Positions 29,772 to 39,327 of a stretch of 64,000 nt of DNA are shown here, piece by piece (the first letter of the stretch is position 1; every line of letters begins with the position of its first letter). The notes beneath the pieces were generated by a model. It was given only the letters and a program-made list of their open reading frames with translations, was not told where the DNA came from and ran no database searches. The DNA is from Candidatus Forterrea multitransposorum CG_2015-17_Forterrea_25_41 (lineage in GTDB: Archaea; Iainarchaeota; Iainarchaeia; Iainarchaeales; CSSED10-239). The position numbers were made by a program, and so were the translations under genes. The DNA lies in NCBI GenBank assembly GCA_009392915.1, contig CP045477.1, positions 576,001-640,000 on the forward strand, written 5' to 3'.

Positions 29772-29932
29772 ATCATTAATTTAAATATTAAAACCACAAC
29801 TACAAAAGCAATAGATAAACCAACTACTAATTCTGGTGAAAGCTTATAACCACCTAAACTTTCATTAAACTTCATAATACCAATAGCACTACTTGGTCCT
29901 TGACTATTACTCTTCATTTGCTTTAATTTCAT
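29768..29932 (-). CDS. Preprotein translocase subunit Sec61-beta/SecG (54 aa). It was not in the ORF track
   Basis: Translation MKLKQMKSNSQGPSSAIGIMKFNESLGGYKLSPELVVGLSIAFVVVVLIFKLMI matches the archaeal Sec61-beta pattern. That pattern is a small protein with a conserved P..V....AF motif leading into a C-terminal TM helix. Confidence 0.4.
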   Translation of the reverse strand: MKLKQMKSNSQGPSSAIGIMKFNESLGGYKLSPELVVGLSIAFVVVVLIFKLMI

Positions 29933-30040
29933 AAATATTACACCTCTAATAATAAATATATATATAGAAAACTATTAAATAACTTACTCTTATATAATTT
30001 ATGTAAGAACAGTTAAAAAAAATTAAAAAAAGGATAATAA

Positions 30041-31018
30041 ATGATTAATAAAAAAATGATTTGGAAAACTGCAGTAGTTATAATAATGATAATTATTCTA
30101 CTATATCTTTTAGTATGGGCAGGAACAGTTAGATGTAAATCTATTCCTGGAATGTGTTCTATTTACTGGGGAACCCAAACATTAATTACTGGAAAACAAC
30201 AACCAAGCATATTAATTGTTTATAATCCATCAGATATAGAAGGTCTTGGAAATCCTTATCTTCTAGAGAAAACAATAAGAGATAATAAAATAATTGGAAT
30301 GAATGTAAGACTTGAAAATATAAATTATTTAAGTGAAGAAAAACTAAAAAATGAAGCAATGGTAATAGTTACAAAATCTAGAAAAATATCTACACCAAAG
30401 CTTGAAATGTTTATTAATTATGTATCAACTGGTGGTAGACTTATTTGGGTCGGAGATGCTGGAATAGAAAAAGAAACAAACTTAGATGTTCTTGCAACAA
30501 AAGGAGATATTGAAGGTTCATTTGATTCTAATATTGTAAGTGGCTGGGCAAGACTTGATTCTGAAAACTATATTTTAAGATTTGATAATTTCTTAGGAGT
30601 TAATTATCTTAATAATTATTGCCAAGTAAAAGATTGTCAAGATAAAATATATAAAGTTGCTAATGGTATTGAACTTAATTATAAAAAACCAATTGCTAAT
30701 AATGGAGTACTTATACCAAGTTCAGAACATCGTATGGTCTATGGACTTAGAAGTTATCTTGAAGTAAAAGATGATTTTGCAATTGTACAAACACTAAAAC
30801 CAATGACAACTCCTTTAAAATTAGATTTTGGATCAACACTTTTTGATTCAGAGAAAGTATCTTATGGAAATGAAGAAGGAGTATTCCCTTTAATAATATT
30901 AAGTAATTCAAATAAAGTTGCATACTATGCAATGCCTCCAGAATATTTAATTGAAGATGATGATAAAGAGAAATATTATTCAATAATTGAAAATATGATA
31001 TATGGTATGGTTAAATGA
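30041..31018 (+). CDS. N-terminally anchored protein of the pilus locus (hypothetical)
   Basis: It has the TM helix AVVIIMIIILLYLLVWAG and is the first gene of a same-strand cluster ending in a pilus ATPase. Confidence 0.35.
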   Translation: MINKKMIWKTAVVIIMIIILLYLLVWAGTVRCKSIPGMCSIYWGTQTLITGKQQPSILIVYNPSDIEGLGNPYLLEKTIRDNKIIGMNVRLENINYLSEEKLKNEAMVIVTKSRKISTPKLEMFINYVSTGGRLIWVGDAGIEKETNLDVLATKGDIEGSFDSNIVSGWARLDSENYILRFDNFLGVNYLNNYCQVKDCQDKIYKVANGIELNYKKPIANNGVLIPSSEHRMVYGLRSYLEVKDDFAIVQTLKPMTTPLKLDFGSTLFDSEKVSYGNEEGVFPLIILSNSNKVAYYAMPPEYLIEDDDKEKYYSIIENMIYGMVK

Positions 31019-31024
31019 TAATTT

Positions 31025-31396
31025 ATGATTAAATCTGTAGAAGCTGTTATTGCTGTAATGATTCTTTTTTTATTCATAATAACATTATTTTCAAGCTATA
31101 CAAAAACAGAAACTAGAGAAAACTTAATGATTGAAAAAAGTTCAGAAATATTTTTAATCAATGCACAAAATAAAGAATTTAGAGATTATATACAAGAAAA
31201 TAAAGGTCAAATAATATATAATGAATTATATGGTTATATAGATAGTAATTATTCAATAAAAATATGTGATTTTTTAGAAGAAAATGAAAACTGTGCTGAT
31301 TTTGGAGATACAGTTCCTGATAAAAAAAGTTTAAGCTCTTTTAATTATTATTTTTATGATATTAATAAAACTTTAAATATAATAGTGTGGTCTTAA
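31025..31396 (+). CDS. Pilin-like protein (class III signal peptide)
   Basis: The N-terminus MIKSVEAVIAVMILFLFIITLFS is a short polar head plus hydrophobic helix typical of archaeal pilins. Confidence 0.4.
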   Translation: MIKSVEAVIAVMILFLFIITLFSSYTKTETRENLMIEKSSEIFLINAQNKEFRDYIQENKGQIIYNELYGYIDSNYSIKICDFLEENENCADFGDTVPDKKSLSSFNYYFYDINKTLNIIVWS

Positions 31397-31399
31397 AAA

Positions 31400-31858
31400 A
31401 TGAAAGAAAAAGGATTTACATACATAATAATTGTTGTTTTTATTATGATATTTGTAACTATGCTTTTTTTAATCTCAAAAAACATAAACTATTCAAATAA
31501 AATAAAACATTTAGTATCAAACTATAAAACTGAAATCAACTATCTTTCAGAAAATAACTTAATAGATGTAAATAGTTTAGATGAGTTTAATATAAATTTT
31601 AAAGAATTTATAAAATCAAATAACTATAATAGTAAAGCTTGTGGAATATATTTTGATGGTAATAAATACATTCTAAGTAATTATCTTGATGCAAATTATA
31701 CTCTGATACAAGAAAATCAAACTATTGAAATATTAGCAGAAAGTGTTTCAGAAGATATCATATTTGGAAATTGTGAAATGGATATTTCTTTAGAAAATTC
31801 ACTTTCTTTTTATATAGAAATTTATAATGATTCTGAGAAAAGTATATATAAACAATAA
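31400..31858 (+). CDS. Pilin-like protein (class III signal peptide, KG/F cleavage site)
   Basis: The N-terminus MKEKGFTYIIIVVFIMIFVTMLF fits a prepilin peptidase site after KG. Confidence 0.45.
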   Translation: MKEKGFTYIIIVVFIMIFVTMLFLISKNINYSNKIKHLVSNYKTEINYLSENNLIDVNSLDEFNINFKEFIKSNNYNSKACGIYFDGNKYILSNYLDANYTLIQENQTIEILAESVSEDIIFGNCEMDISLENSLSFYIEIYNDSEKSIYKQ

Positions 31859-31925
31859 AAAAAGATAGCTTTATAAAGTAAACGAACTAATAATTTATAA
31901 TATATTATATTAATAAATTTAGAAG

Positions 31926-32276
31926 GTGTTAATGATTATGAACGAAATTAAAGAAAATATTAGCCAAATAGCATTAAAAAGTAATGAAATTGTAGCAAAA
32001 TTAGAAATATTAAGAGCTCTTGAAGAACATAAAGAAAGTATTTCTGAAGAAATTACAAAAACTAAAGAAAAGTTAGAAAAAGAAGAAATTACAAAATTTA
32101 CTTATGCTACAATGCAAGAAGTTAATCAAAAAAATTTAGATGATAACACAAATAGAAGAAAAATAATCTGGAATGAAATTGCAGAAACTATTAATAATAT
32201 TAGTGATAATTTAAATGGTCTTAAAGAATTATACAATCAAAAAACAGAAAACAACGACGCTCCAGAAGTTAAATAA
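31926..32276 (+). CDS. Hypothetical coiled-coil protein
   Basis: ORF in the pilus cluster. Confidence 0.3.
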   Translation: MLMIMNEIKENISQIALKSNEIVAKLEILRALEEHKESISEEITKTKEKLEKEEITKFTYATMQEVNQKNLDDNTNRRKIIWNEIAETINNISDNLNGLKELYNQKTENNDAPEVK

Positions 32277-32303
32277 ATCTTTATTAGGGAATATTGATGA
32301 AAT

Positions 32304-34331
32304 ATGGTTTTTCCTTCTTTAAAAGTTACAAAAGAACTTACAGATAAGATAAGTAAACTTGAAGAAATAGAAAATACTAGAAGTGAAGATGAAGAAAAAA
32401 TCATAAATCAATTTTTTAAAAAAGAAATATCTCAAAAACAATTAATTTCTCTATTAAGAGAGAAAAAAATACAATCTATTTCTAAAAAAACAGATATTAA
32501 GGCAGTACATGCACTTGTAGATTATAATAAAACTTTAGCAAAGTTATCAGAAAATCTACAACTACAAAAAATACCTATTTATAGTATTGAAAATAGATCT
32601 ACGTTTAAAAGAATTTTAAAAAACTTATTTACAAAGAAAACTAAAAAAATAAAACCAAAGAAAGTAGAAGTTAAAAAAGATATTGATACAAAAAAAGAAA
32701 CTGAAATTAAAAAAGACACAAAAATTGAAACCAAAAAAGAAAAGAAAGATACAAATATCTTTGATAGAATATTTAAGAAAAGAGAAGCATTAGTTACAAA
32801 AGTTGAAGAAAAACATGAAATCAAACCAACTTTTGAACCTCCAAAAGAACTTTTACCTGAAAACTATCAAGTCTTAATACATGGTTTTGCATATGCCTTT
32901 ATTAGAGAATCAGAAAATGAAAGAATATATGTTGTTGCAGAACCAGAACTTACAGAAGAAGAAGAAAGAATTTTAAAAGAAACTAGAGAATCACTTATTA
33001 ATAAAATATCACTTGCAGATCTTACTGATGAGTCTCAAATGTATACTTTAGTTGAAAAAATATTTACAAGAAATAAAATAAAACTTGAAAAAGAACAAAA
33101 AGATAAAATTGTTTATTATATTATAAGACAAGTAAGTGGACTTGATAAAATAGAACCACTTATGCATGATCCATTAATTGAAGATATTGAGTGTGATGGT
33201 ATAGGGATACCAATCTTCATTGTTCATAGAAAATATGGACACATTGTAACAAATATTGTTCTAGATACAGAAAATGAACTACAACAATTTATTATAAAAA
33301 TGGCACACCTTTGTAAAAGTTATGTTTCATATGCATCTCCACTTTTAGATGCAATTTTACCAGATGGATCTCGTGTAAATGCAACATTAACTTCAAATGT
33401 TTCAACAAGAGGACCAACTTTTACAATCAGAAAGTTCCCTCAAAAACCATTAACAACAATTGATTTAATTAACTCTGAAACAATCACTCCAGAAATTGTA
33501 TCATATCTTTGGACATTACTTGAATTTAAAAAGAACATGATATTAATTGGACCAACAGCTGGTGGAAAAACAACACTTCTAAATGTAATTTCTTCATTTA
33601 TACCAGAAGCACAAAGAGTAGTATCAATTGAAGATACAAGAGAAATTAATCTTTTACTTAACAACTGGATTCCACAGATTACAAGAAGTGGTTTTGGACC
33701 TCCTGATCAAAATGGAAAAAGATATGGTGAAGTTAACATGAATGATCTTTTAAAAGAATCATTCAGACAAAGACCAGATTACTTAATTATCGGTGAAGTA
33801 AGAGGAGAAGAAATGGCTTTAATGTTCCAGGGTATGGCATCTGGACACTGTTCTCTATCAACAGTACACTCTAAAAGTGTAGAAGCATTAATTACAAGAA
33901 TTACAACTCCTCCAATCTCTTTAGATCCTTCACTTATAACAAGTCTTGATATTGTAATTGTAACAGGATTTACTGGTGTTGGAGAAGAAGGAAAGAGAGA
34001 AATTAAAGAAATTGATGAAATTAAAGGTTATAATAGTAAAGATAAGAAAGTAGAATATAATCCAATATATAAATCAATAGATAAATTTAAAGAAAAAAGT
34101 GCAACTTCACAAAGTGATCTTTTCCATAAAGAAACAGCTTTAGTATACAATAGTGATGTTTTAAAAGAAATATGTACAGAACATAATATTTCTAAAAAGA
34201 AAATGACAGATATAATAATGGCAAGAACTAAATTTATTGAAGCACTTACTAAAAACCCACCAAAAGATTACGTAGAATTTAATAAACTACTTAAAAATTA
34301 TAAAAGAAAAGAAGATTTTACTGAAAATTAA
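32304..34331 (+). CDS. Type IV pilus/archaellum-family assembly ATPase (PilB/FlaI/TadA-like secretion NTPase)
   Basis: It has Walker A LIGPTAGGKTTLLN, an Asp box and Walker B ...RPDYLIIGEVRG, and the His box ...GHCSLSTVHS. An N-terminal K-rich extension is present. Confidence 0.75.
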   Translation: MVFPSLKVTKELTDKISKLEEIENTRSEDEEKIINQFFKKEISQKQLISLLREKKIQSISKKTDIKAVHALVDYNKTLAKLSENLQLQKIPIYSIENRSTFKRILKNLFTKKTKKIKPKKVEVKKDIDTKKETEIKKDTKIETKKEKKDTNIFDRIFKKREALVTKVEEKHEIKPTFEPPKELLPENYQVLIHGFAYAFIRESENERIYVVAEPELTEEEERILKETRESLINKISLADLTDESQMYTLVEKIFTRNKIKLEKEQKDKIVYYIIRQVSGLDKIEPLMHDPLIEDIECDGIGIPIFIVHRKYGHIVTNIVLDTENELQQFIIKMAHLCKSYVSYASPLLDAILPDGSRVNATLTSNVSTRGPTFTIRKFPQKPLTTIDLINSETITPEIVSYLWTLLEFKKNMILIGPTAGGKTTLLNVISSFIPEAQRVVSIEDTREINLLLNNWIPQITRSGFGPPDQNGKRYGEVNMNDLLKESFRQRPDYLIIGEVRGEEMALMFQGMASGHCSLSTVHSKSVEALITRITTPPISLDPSLITSLDIVIVTGFTGVGEEGKREIKEIDEIKGYNSKDKKVEYNPIYKSIDKFKEKSATSQSDLFHKETALVYNSDVLKEICTEHNISKKKMTDIIMARTKFIEALTKNPPKDYVEFNKLLKNYKRKEDFTEN

Positions 34332-35704
34332 AAAGGATCATCATAAGATAAAAGGCCGTCTTTTTGGGTTTTTTTAGTATAATTTTGTTTTTGTGGTTTT
34401 TTTTTCTTTTTTATAATTATTAAAAATATAATTAAAATTATTATTATTACAGAAATTACAATATAATAAAAAACACTATTTTGTTCAACTTCTTCTTCAA
34501 TAAAACCAGAATCAATAATTGCTTTAGATTTAGACTTTAAAATTGAAATTTTATCAATAGCTTGTGAATATTGAGCTTTTGAAACTAAATCATTATATTC
34601 ATTATATGTTCTAAAAAGAGCATCAACTTCTGATTGTTCCTTCCAATAAGGTTTGTATTCATCGTTTAAAATTGTAGTGATAGCATGCTCTAAATTGTTA
34701 TAATTTGTAAAAGAAGCATCATAACTAGTCATCAAGTCCTTTAATTTAACAGACTCCATCCTAAGTTTCAAGTTATCAATAAATATACTTACCTTTTCAT
34801 CACCTTTTAAATCTAAATATAGTTTAGAATAGAAAGAACTTGTTGAAGAAAGGCTTTCATAAACATAATTAATATTTGAATTAAGGCTTGAAGGAGGAGA
34901 AACTAAGTTTACAAGCCCAGAAATTTCATTTGCTGGAATATTATCTTCAGCTACAATTTTTGTAACCAATTGTTCTGATTCTTGAATATATTCTAAAGAA
35001 GCTTGAGATAATTTATCATAACCTTTAAAAGAAGAATCAAAAGATTTTAAAAGACTAGATGTATCTTTACAATCTGGAGAAGATAAAAATGAATTTTGAG
35101 AATTTAGAAGTGAAGTTAAACTTTCTTTTAGATCTTCAAGATAAACTATTAGATTATTTATATGATTAATTGTTATTGTTATTTGAGAATTAAGTTCAAC
35201 AGAATAATTCTTTTCTAAAAGACCATTTAATTGTGCTTTCTTTGAATTAAGAGAAGTAATTATTGAATTAATTCTGTCAATTAATTGAGAAGATAAATAA
35301 TTATTAGGATTTGAATTTTTTAAAGATTTTAAAAGATATTCAGTTTTGATTAAATTAACATTAAAAGAATCAGTTTCACTTAAATAAACTTGAGAAAGCT
35401 CATTTGAGATTGGAACAAATAAAACAGATTCTCCTAAAGAATTTACAATAGGTATTACAAAATATTCTTCATCTTCACAACTTATCTTTGGTTGTGTAAA
35501 AGTATCAATCATATCATTTTCAGAAAGATACTCTTTTGAAATATCTTGAGCTCCAAATAAAGATAAAGCAAAAAGGTTTGAAGAAAATAAAACAATCACT
35601 AAAAATATTAATAAAATCTTTTTCATAAACATCAATTTTTTTAAACTATTATTATTCATCTCTAATAGCTCCATTATTAAAAACTTTATAGAAAATAAAA
35701 ACAT
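34328..35704 (-). CDS. Bitopic membrane/coiled-coil protein (hypothetical)
   Basis: It has an N-terminal signal/TM, a long Ser/Leu-rich coiled region and a C-terminal TM followed by a KKKKK tail. Confidence 0.35.
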   Translation of the reverse strand: MFLFSIKFLIMELLEMNNNSLKKLMFMKKILLIFLVIVLFSSNLFALSLFGAQDISKEYLSENDMIDTFTQPKISCEDEEYFVIPIVNSLGESVLFVPISNELSQVYLSETDSFNVNLIKTEYLLKSLKNSNPNNYLSSQLIDRINSIITSLNSKKAQLNGLLEKNYSVELNSQITITINHINNLIVYLEDLKESLTSLLNSQNSFLSSPDCKDTSSLLKSFDSSFKGYDKLSQASLEYIQESEQLVTKIVAEDNIPANEISGLVNLVSPPSSLNSNINYVYESLSSTSSFYSKLYLDLKGDEKVSIFIDNLKLRMESVKLKDLMTSYDASFTNYNNLEHAITTILNDEYKPYWKEQSEVDALFRTYNEYNDLVSKAQYSQAIDKISILKSKSKAIIDSGFIEEEVEQNSVFYYIVISVIIIILIIFLIIIKKKKKPQKQNYTKKTQKDGLLSYDDPF

Positions 35705-36629
35705 ATAAAAGACCTATAAGAGAAAAGGCAATTGAAAAATATATCTGCGCCATTGAAGCAATTAAAATACCAATGAAAAGAGCAAAGAATTTATTTACAA
35801 CAACCATTAAAGGAATACTTGAAATTGAATCTAAAACTTGATTTTTAATATCATTAGTATTTAAATTTGCATAAAGTCTATCAAAATCTTCAGTACTTGT
35901 TTTAGCACTACTGTTTTCTTTAATATTTTCTATAAAGTCAATATAGTTATAGACTACAGGATCTTTTAATTTTTGTAACTCTTTATATTCTTCTGAATCT
36001 ATTATAAAATTTACAACTGAAGAAGTACTTGCTTTACTTATACTGTAAGAAGTACCAAGCCAATTACCAATATCATCACCTACAAAAACTTCAACCATAC
36101 CCATTTGCATTTTTTGAGAATAACTTGCTTGATTTGGTAAGATTACAAGAAAGATTACTAAAAATAAAGTTAAAGATAAAAGAATACTTATCTTTGAATT
36201 TGCATAGTTTGAAAGAGAGTTAAGATGATCTCTTTCTTTAAATTTATTATATGTTAGAATAGATAAAAGTAAATGAGAAGCTAAATAAAATAAAACAAAT
36301 AACCAAAAATTTGCAGAAAATTTAAATATTAAAAAAGAAATTATAAAACCTAAAGTTATTCCTAAAAAAACTTCTAAAAGATCTAAATTTTTTTCTTTTC
36401 TAACAGATAAAGCAATACAGATTGCAGAAGTTATTGGAAATAATAAAAGTAAAAATAAAAAATCTAATGTTAAAAAAGTATTAACAATATCAGATAAATT
36501 AAAAACAATTAAAGAAGTTAGAGAAATACCTGATGCTTTATAAAAAAACATCCACATTATTATTGAAAAAGCAATTAAAAATATTTTTAAAATACCTTTT
36601 TTTTCAAAAACTTCAGTATAACTCATCAA
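35652..36629 (-). CDS. Polytopic membrane protein (possible TadC/FlaJ-like pilus platform component)
   Basis: It has at least six hydrophobic helices and sits beside the pilus ATPase. No motif was confirmed. Confidence 0.3.
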   Translation of the reverse strand: MMSYTEVFEKKGILKIFLIAFSIIMWMFFYKASGISLTSLIVFNLSDIVNTFLTLDFLFLLLLFPITSAICIALSVRKEKNLDLLEVFLGITLGFIISFLIFKFSANFWLFVLFYLASHLLLSILTYNKFKERDHLNSLSNYANSKISILLSLTLFLVIFLVILPNQASYSQKMQMGMVEVFVGDDIGNWLGTSYSISKASTSSVVNFIIDSEEYKELQKLKDPVVYNYIDFIENIKENSSAKTSTEDFDRLYANLNTNDIKNQVLDSISSIPLMVVVNKFFALFIGILIASMAQIYFSIAFSLIGLLYVFIFYKVFNNGAIRDE

Positions 36630-37536
36630 TGTTCACCAAATCTAAAAGACCTTCTTTTTCATCAACAATAAAAGTTGTTTCTGCTTGAGAGACATAACTA
36701 TCTTTCCTATCAACTAAAACAGGAAAGCTTGCAATAATTTCATTTTTTAAAAGCTCTCTTAAAGCATATCTTCTTTGAAATGTAGAAAGATTTTTACCAA
36801 CCCAATATTCTGAAAAAGGAGTTCCATTATATTTATGGATCTCTTCAAGAATTAATTTAGCGTCTTTATTTCTAATACCTCTATCTTCTATGTGTTGAAA
36901 AATTAAAATTTTATCAGCTTCAGAAACAAAACCATCTCCAGTAGATGCAAAAGGTTCAATTGCAAATGGAAGATTAATTTCTGTTATTGGAATATTAATA
37001 TCATTTGAAGTGTTTGGTATTGATGGTGATGCATGAGGTTCATATCTTTCAATTGCATGTCCTGTAAGATTTATAATTGTTTTAAAACCTCTTGAAGTTA
37101 TTTCTTTATCAATTATTTTTCCAAGATCAGAGATTTTTGTAGTTTTATAATTATTTATTAAATGCTCTTTTGCTTTTTTAAGAGCAAAAAAAGAAGCATC
37201 TCTTAAAGATTCATGTTTTTTATTAAAAATTATTGTTTGTGCAGAATCTGCAATATATCCTTCAATTGAAACACCAACATCAACTTTTAAAACATCATCT
37301 TCTTTTAAGATTACTGGAGATTCTAAATCATAGGTGTTATGTGCAGCTTCATTATTAACAGACAGGTTTACTGGCCAAGCAGGAACAGCACCATTATCTA
37401 AAATAAACTTATCAATTTCAACACCTATTCTTGAAAGGTCAGAGCCAACTTTAATTAAGTTCTTTGCAAATTTTTGAGTTTTAAAGTTTAACTCTCCAGC
37501 TTTTTTTAAAAGTTTAAGATTTATATCTTGAGTCAT
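36613..37536 (-). CDS. map: Methionine aminopeptidase, type 2 (archaeal)
   Basis: It has the pita-bread fold metal ligands (D...DVGVSIEGYIADSAQT...H...E) and a size of 307 aa. Confidence 0.7.
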   Translation of the reverse strand: MTQDINLKLLKKAGELNFKTQKFAKNLIKVGSDLSRIGVEIDKFILDNGAVPAWPVNLSVNNEAAHNTYDLESPVILKEDDVLKVDVGVSIEGYIADSAQTIIFNKKHESLRDASFFALKKAKEHLINNYKTTKISDLGKIIDKEITSRGFKTIINLTGHAIERYEPHASPSIPNTSNDINIPITEINLPFAIEPFASTGDGFVSEADKILIFQHIEDRGIRNKDAKLILEEIHKYNGTPFSEYWVGKNLSTFQRRYALRELLKNEIIASFPVLVDRKDSYVSQAETTFIVDEKEGLLDLVNIDELY

Positions 37537-37542
37537 GTAAAA

Positions 37543-38052
37543 TCATTTTTTATTTTTTTTAGAAATATTTTTCTTTGAACTATTAAAAGAAAGTATAAAT
37601 AAAAATAACATCGCAATTATAATTCCTGAAAATAAAGGAAGATCACTTACAGGAACTTTATTTGAAGATTTAATTACTGTAAAATATTTACTAAAAAGAT
37701 TATTTGAAGGATTATCATCTGTATCAGTTAAAAAAATTCTTAGCATATATGGTTGGTTTGAATAATTAATATCAGCACCTGTAACTGTTATTAAATTATC
37801 ACCATCATTTAAAGAACCATTATCAGTATAGAAAGGAGCTCCTCCTGTTGGTCTGTAAATGTTTAAATCATAATCTGCAAATCCTGGAGAATTTGAAGAA
37901 ACTACAACTGTAATATTAAAATCTGAATTAGCTCTTACAGTGTTTGGAATTACAACATCAGTTATTCCAAAATCATCATAAGCAGAAATATTGAAAGAAA
38001 TAAAAATAATCATTAAAAAAGATATTATACTAAAAATAATTTTGTTTTTCAA
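37543..38052 (-). CDS. Secreted protein with a C-terminal TM anchor and basic tail (hypothetical)
   Basis: It has an N-terminal signal IIFSIISFLMIIFISFNISA. The C-terminus is LPLFSGIIIAMLFLFILSF followed by KK-rich residues. Confidence 0.35.
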   Translation of the reverse strand: MKNKIIFSIISFLMIIFISFNISAYDDFGITDVVIPNTVRANSDFNITVVVSSNSPGFADYDLNIYRPTGGAPFYTDNGSLNDGDNLITVTGADINYSNQPYMLRIFLTDTDDNPSNNLFSKYFTVIKSSNKVPVSDLPLFSGIIIAMLFLFILSFNSSKKNISKKNKK

Positions 38053-38171
38053 AATCTATCACCTTACACCTAAATATATTTATATAAAACTAATAAATAT
38101 ATTAACTGGTAAGTAATAAAAAGCTTTTTGTTTTAATAAAAAAAAGAAAAATAGAGATGATCTAATACTTT

Positions 38172-38639
38172 TTAAAGTCTAGAATCAAAATCTCCGTGGT
38201 TAACCATTTTTGTAACTTCAGAAGCAGGAAGATTATCAATAGTAACACCCATTGCTCTACAGGAACCTAAAATTTCTTTAACAGCAGATTTTTTAGATTT
38301 TGAAACTAATTGAGAATATTTAGCATTCATGATTTTTAAAACTTGTTCAAATGTTAAATTTCCAGCAACTTCTTCATTAACTTTTGAAGCACCTTTCTTA
38401 ATATTTAATTCTTTTTTAATTAATGCTCCTGTTTGAGGAGAACCTAATTCAATTGTAAATTTCTTTTTAGAATCAATATGTATCTTAACAGGAATTTCCA
38501 TACCATTAAGATGTTTTGTATCTTCATTTATTTTATTTACAATTTCCATTGTATTTACTCCTAAAGGACCTAAAGCAGGACCAATTGGAGGACCAGCATT
38601 TGCTTTTCCAGCTTCTACTAAAACTTTTATTGTAGGCAT
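38172..38639 (-). CDS. rpl11: 50S ribosomal protein L11
   Basis: The N-terminus MPTIKVLVEAGKANAGPPIGPALGPLGVN is the L11 signature. Confidence 0.85.
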   Translation of the reverse strand: MPTIKVLVEAGKANAGPPIGPALGPLGVNTMEIVNKINEDTKHLNGMEIPVKIHIDSKKKFTIELGSPQTGALIKKELNIKKGASKVNEEVAGNLTFEQVLKIMNAKYSQLVSKSKKSAVKEILGSCRAMGVTIDNLPASEVTKMVNHGDFDSRL

Positions 38640-38663
38640 ATTTTAATCACTCTTTTTATATTT

Positions 38664-39101
38664 TTAATTTAATAATTTTATGTTTTCTGCTTTAATTGTT
38701 ATTGGAATCTTAACACTTGCATCGAAAAGTTCAATGATAACTTCTTCTTTTGCTAAATTAATTCTAACAACTTTTGCTCTAGAACCTTTAAAAGGGCCTA
38801 GGATAATTTCAACAGTTTGTCCAGGTTTTATAGAAGTCATTAATGGTCTTGATTCTAAAACTCCTGCAATTTCTGAAATATTAATGTTTCCTTCAACAAT
38901 TTTTCCACCTTTAATATGAGGAACATTATGAACTAAAATTTCAACTGTTTTTTTAGAATCAGCTTCAACTAAAAGATACCCTTTTAAATCAGCCATTTCA
39001 ACTACAGAATAAACTTCAAGTTCATCTTGTCTTGCTTTATTTGCTAAAAGATCCATTATTACTTTTTCTTGACCAACTGTTGTTCTTATTGTAAAAATCA
39101 T
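38664..39101 (-). CDS. spt5: Transcription elongation factor Spt5 (NusG family)
   Basis: An NGN domain is followed by the KOW motif GQTVEIILGPFKGSRAKVV. It sits in the conserved secE-spt5-rpl11 position. Confidence 0.8.
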   Translation of the reverse strand: MIFTIRTTVGQEKVIMDLLANKARQDELEVYSVVEMADLKGYLLVEADSKKTVEILVHNVPHIKGGKIVEGNINISEIAGVLESRPLMTSIKPGQTVEIILGPFKGSRAKVVRINLAKEEVIIELFDASVKIPITIKAENIKLLN

Positions 39102-39126
39102 ATTTTTTCACACACTTATAAGTTTT

Positions 39127-39303
39127 TTAAAAAAAGCTTGCAATAAGCTTTACAAAATAACCAATAACTCCTATAACTACTATTCCTATGGCAATAATCT
39201 TTGCCATAAAACCAAACTCTTTAGTAGTTGGTTTTTGAGAAATGTTTAATATTCTTCTTGAAGATGCAAAGAAATTATTTAATTTATTCATCATTTTTGA
39301 CAT
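39127..39303 (-). CDS. secE: Protein translocase subunit SecE/Sec61-gamma (58 aa). It was not in the ORF track
   Basis: Translation MSKMMNKLNNFFASSRRILNISQKPTTKEFGFMAKIIAIGIVVIGVIGYFVKLIASFF shows a single C-terminal TM. It sits in the canonical position between ftsZ and spt5/nusG. Confidence 0.5.
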   Translation of the reverse strand: MSKMMNKLNNFFASSRRILNISQKPTTKEFGFMAKIIAIGIVVIGVIGYFVKLIASFF

Positions 39304-39327
39304 ATTTTAATCAACTCTTATATTTTT

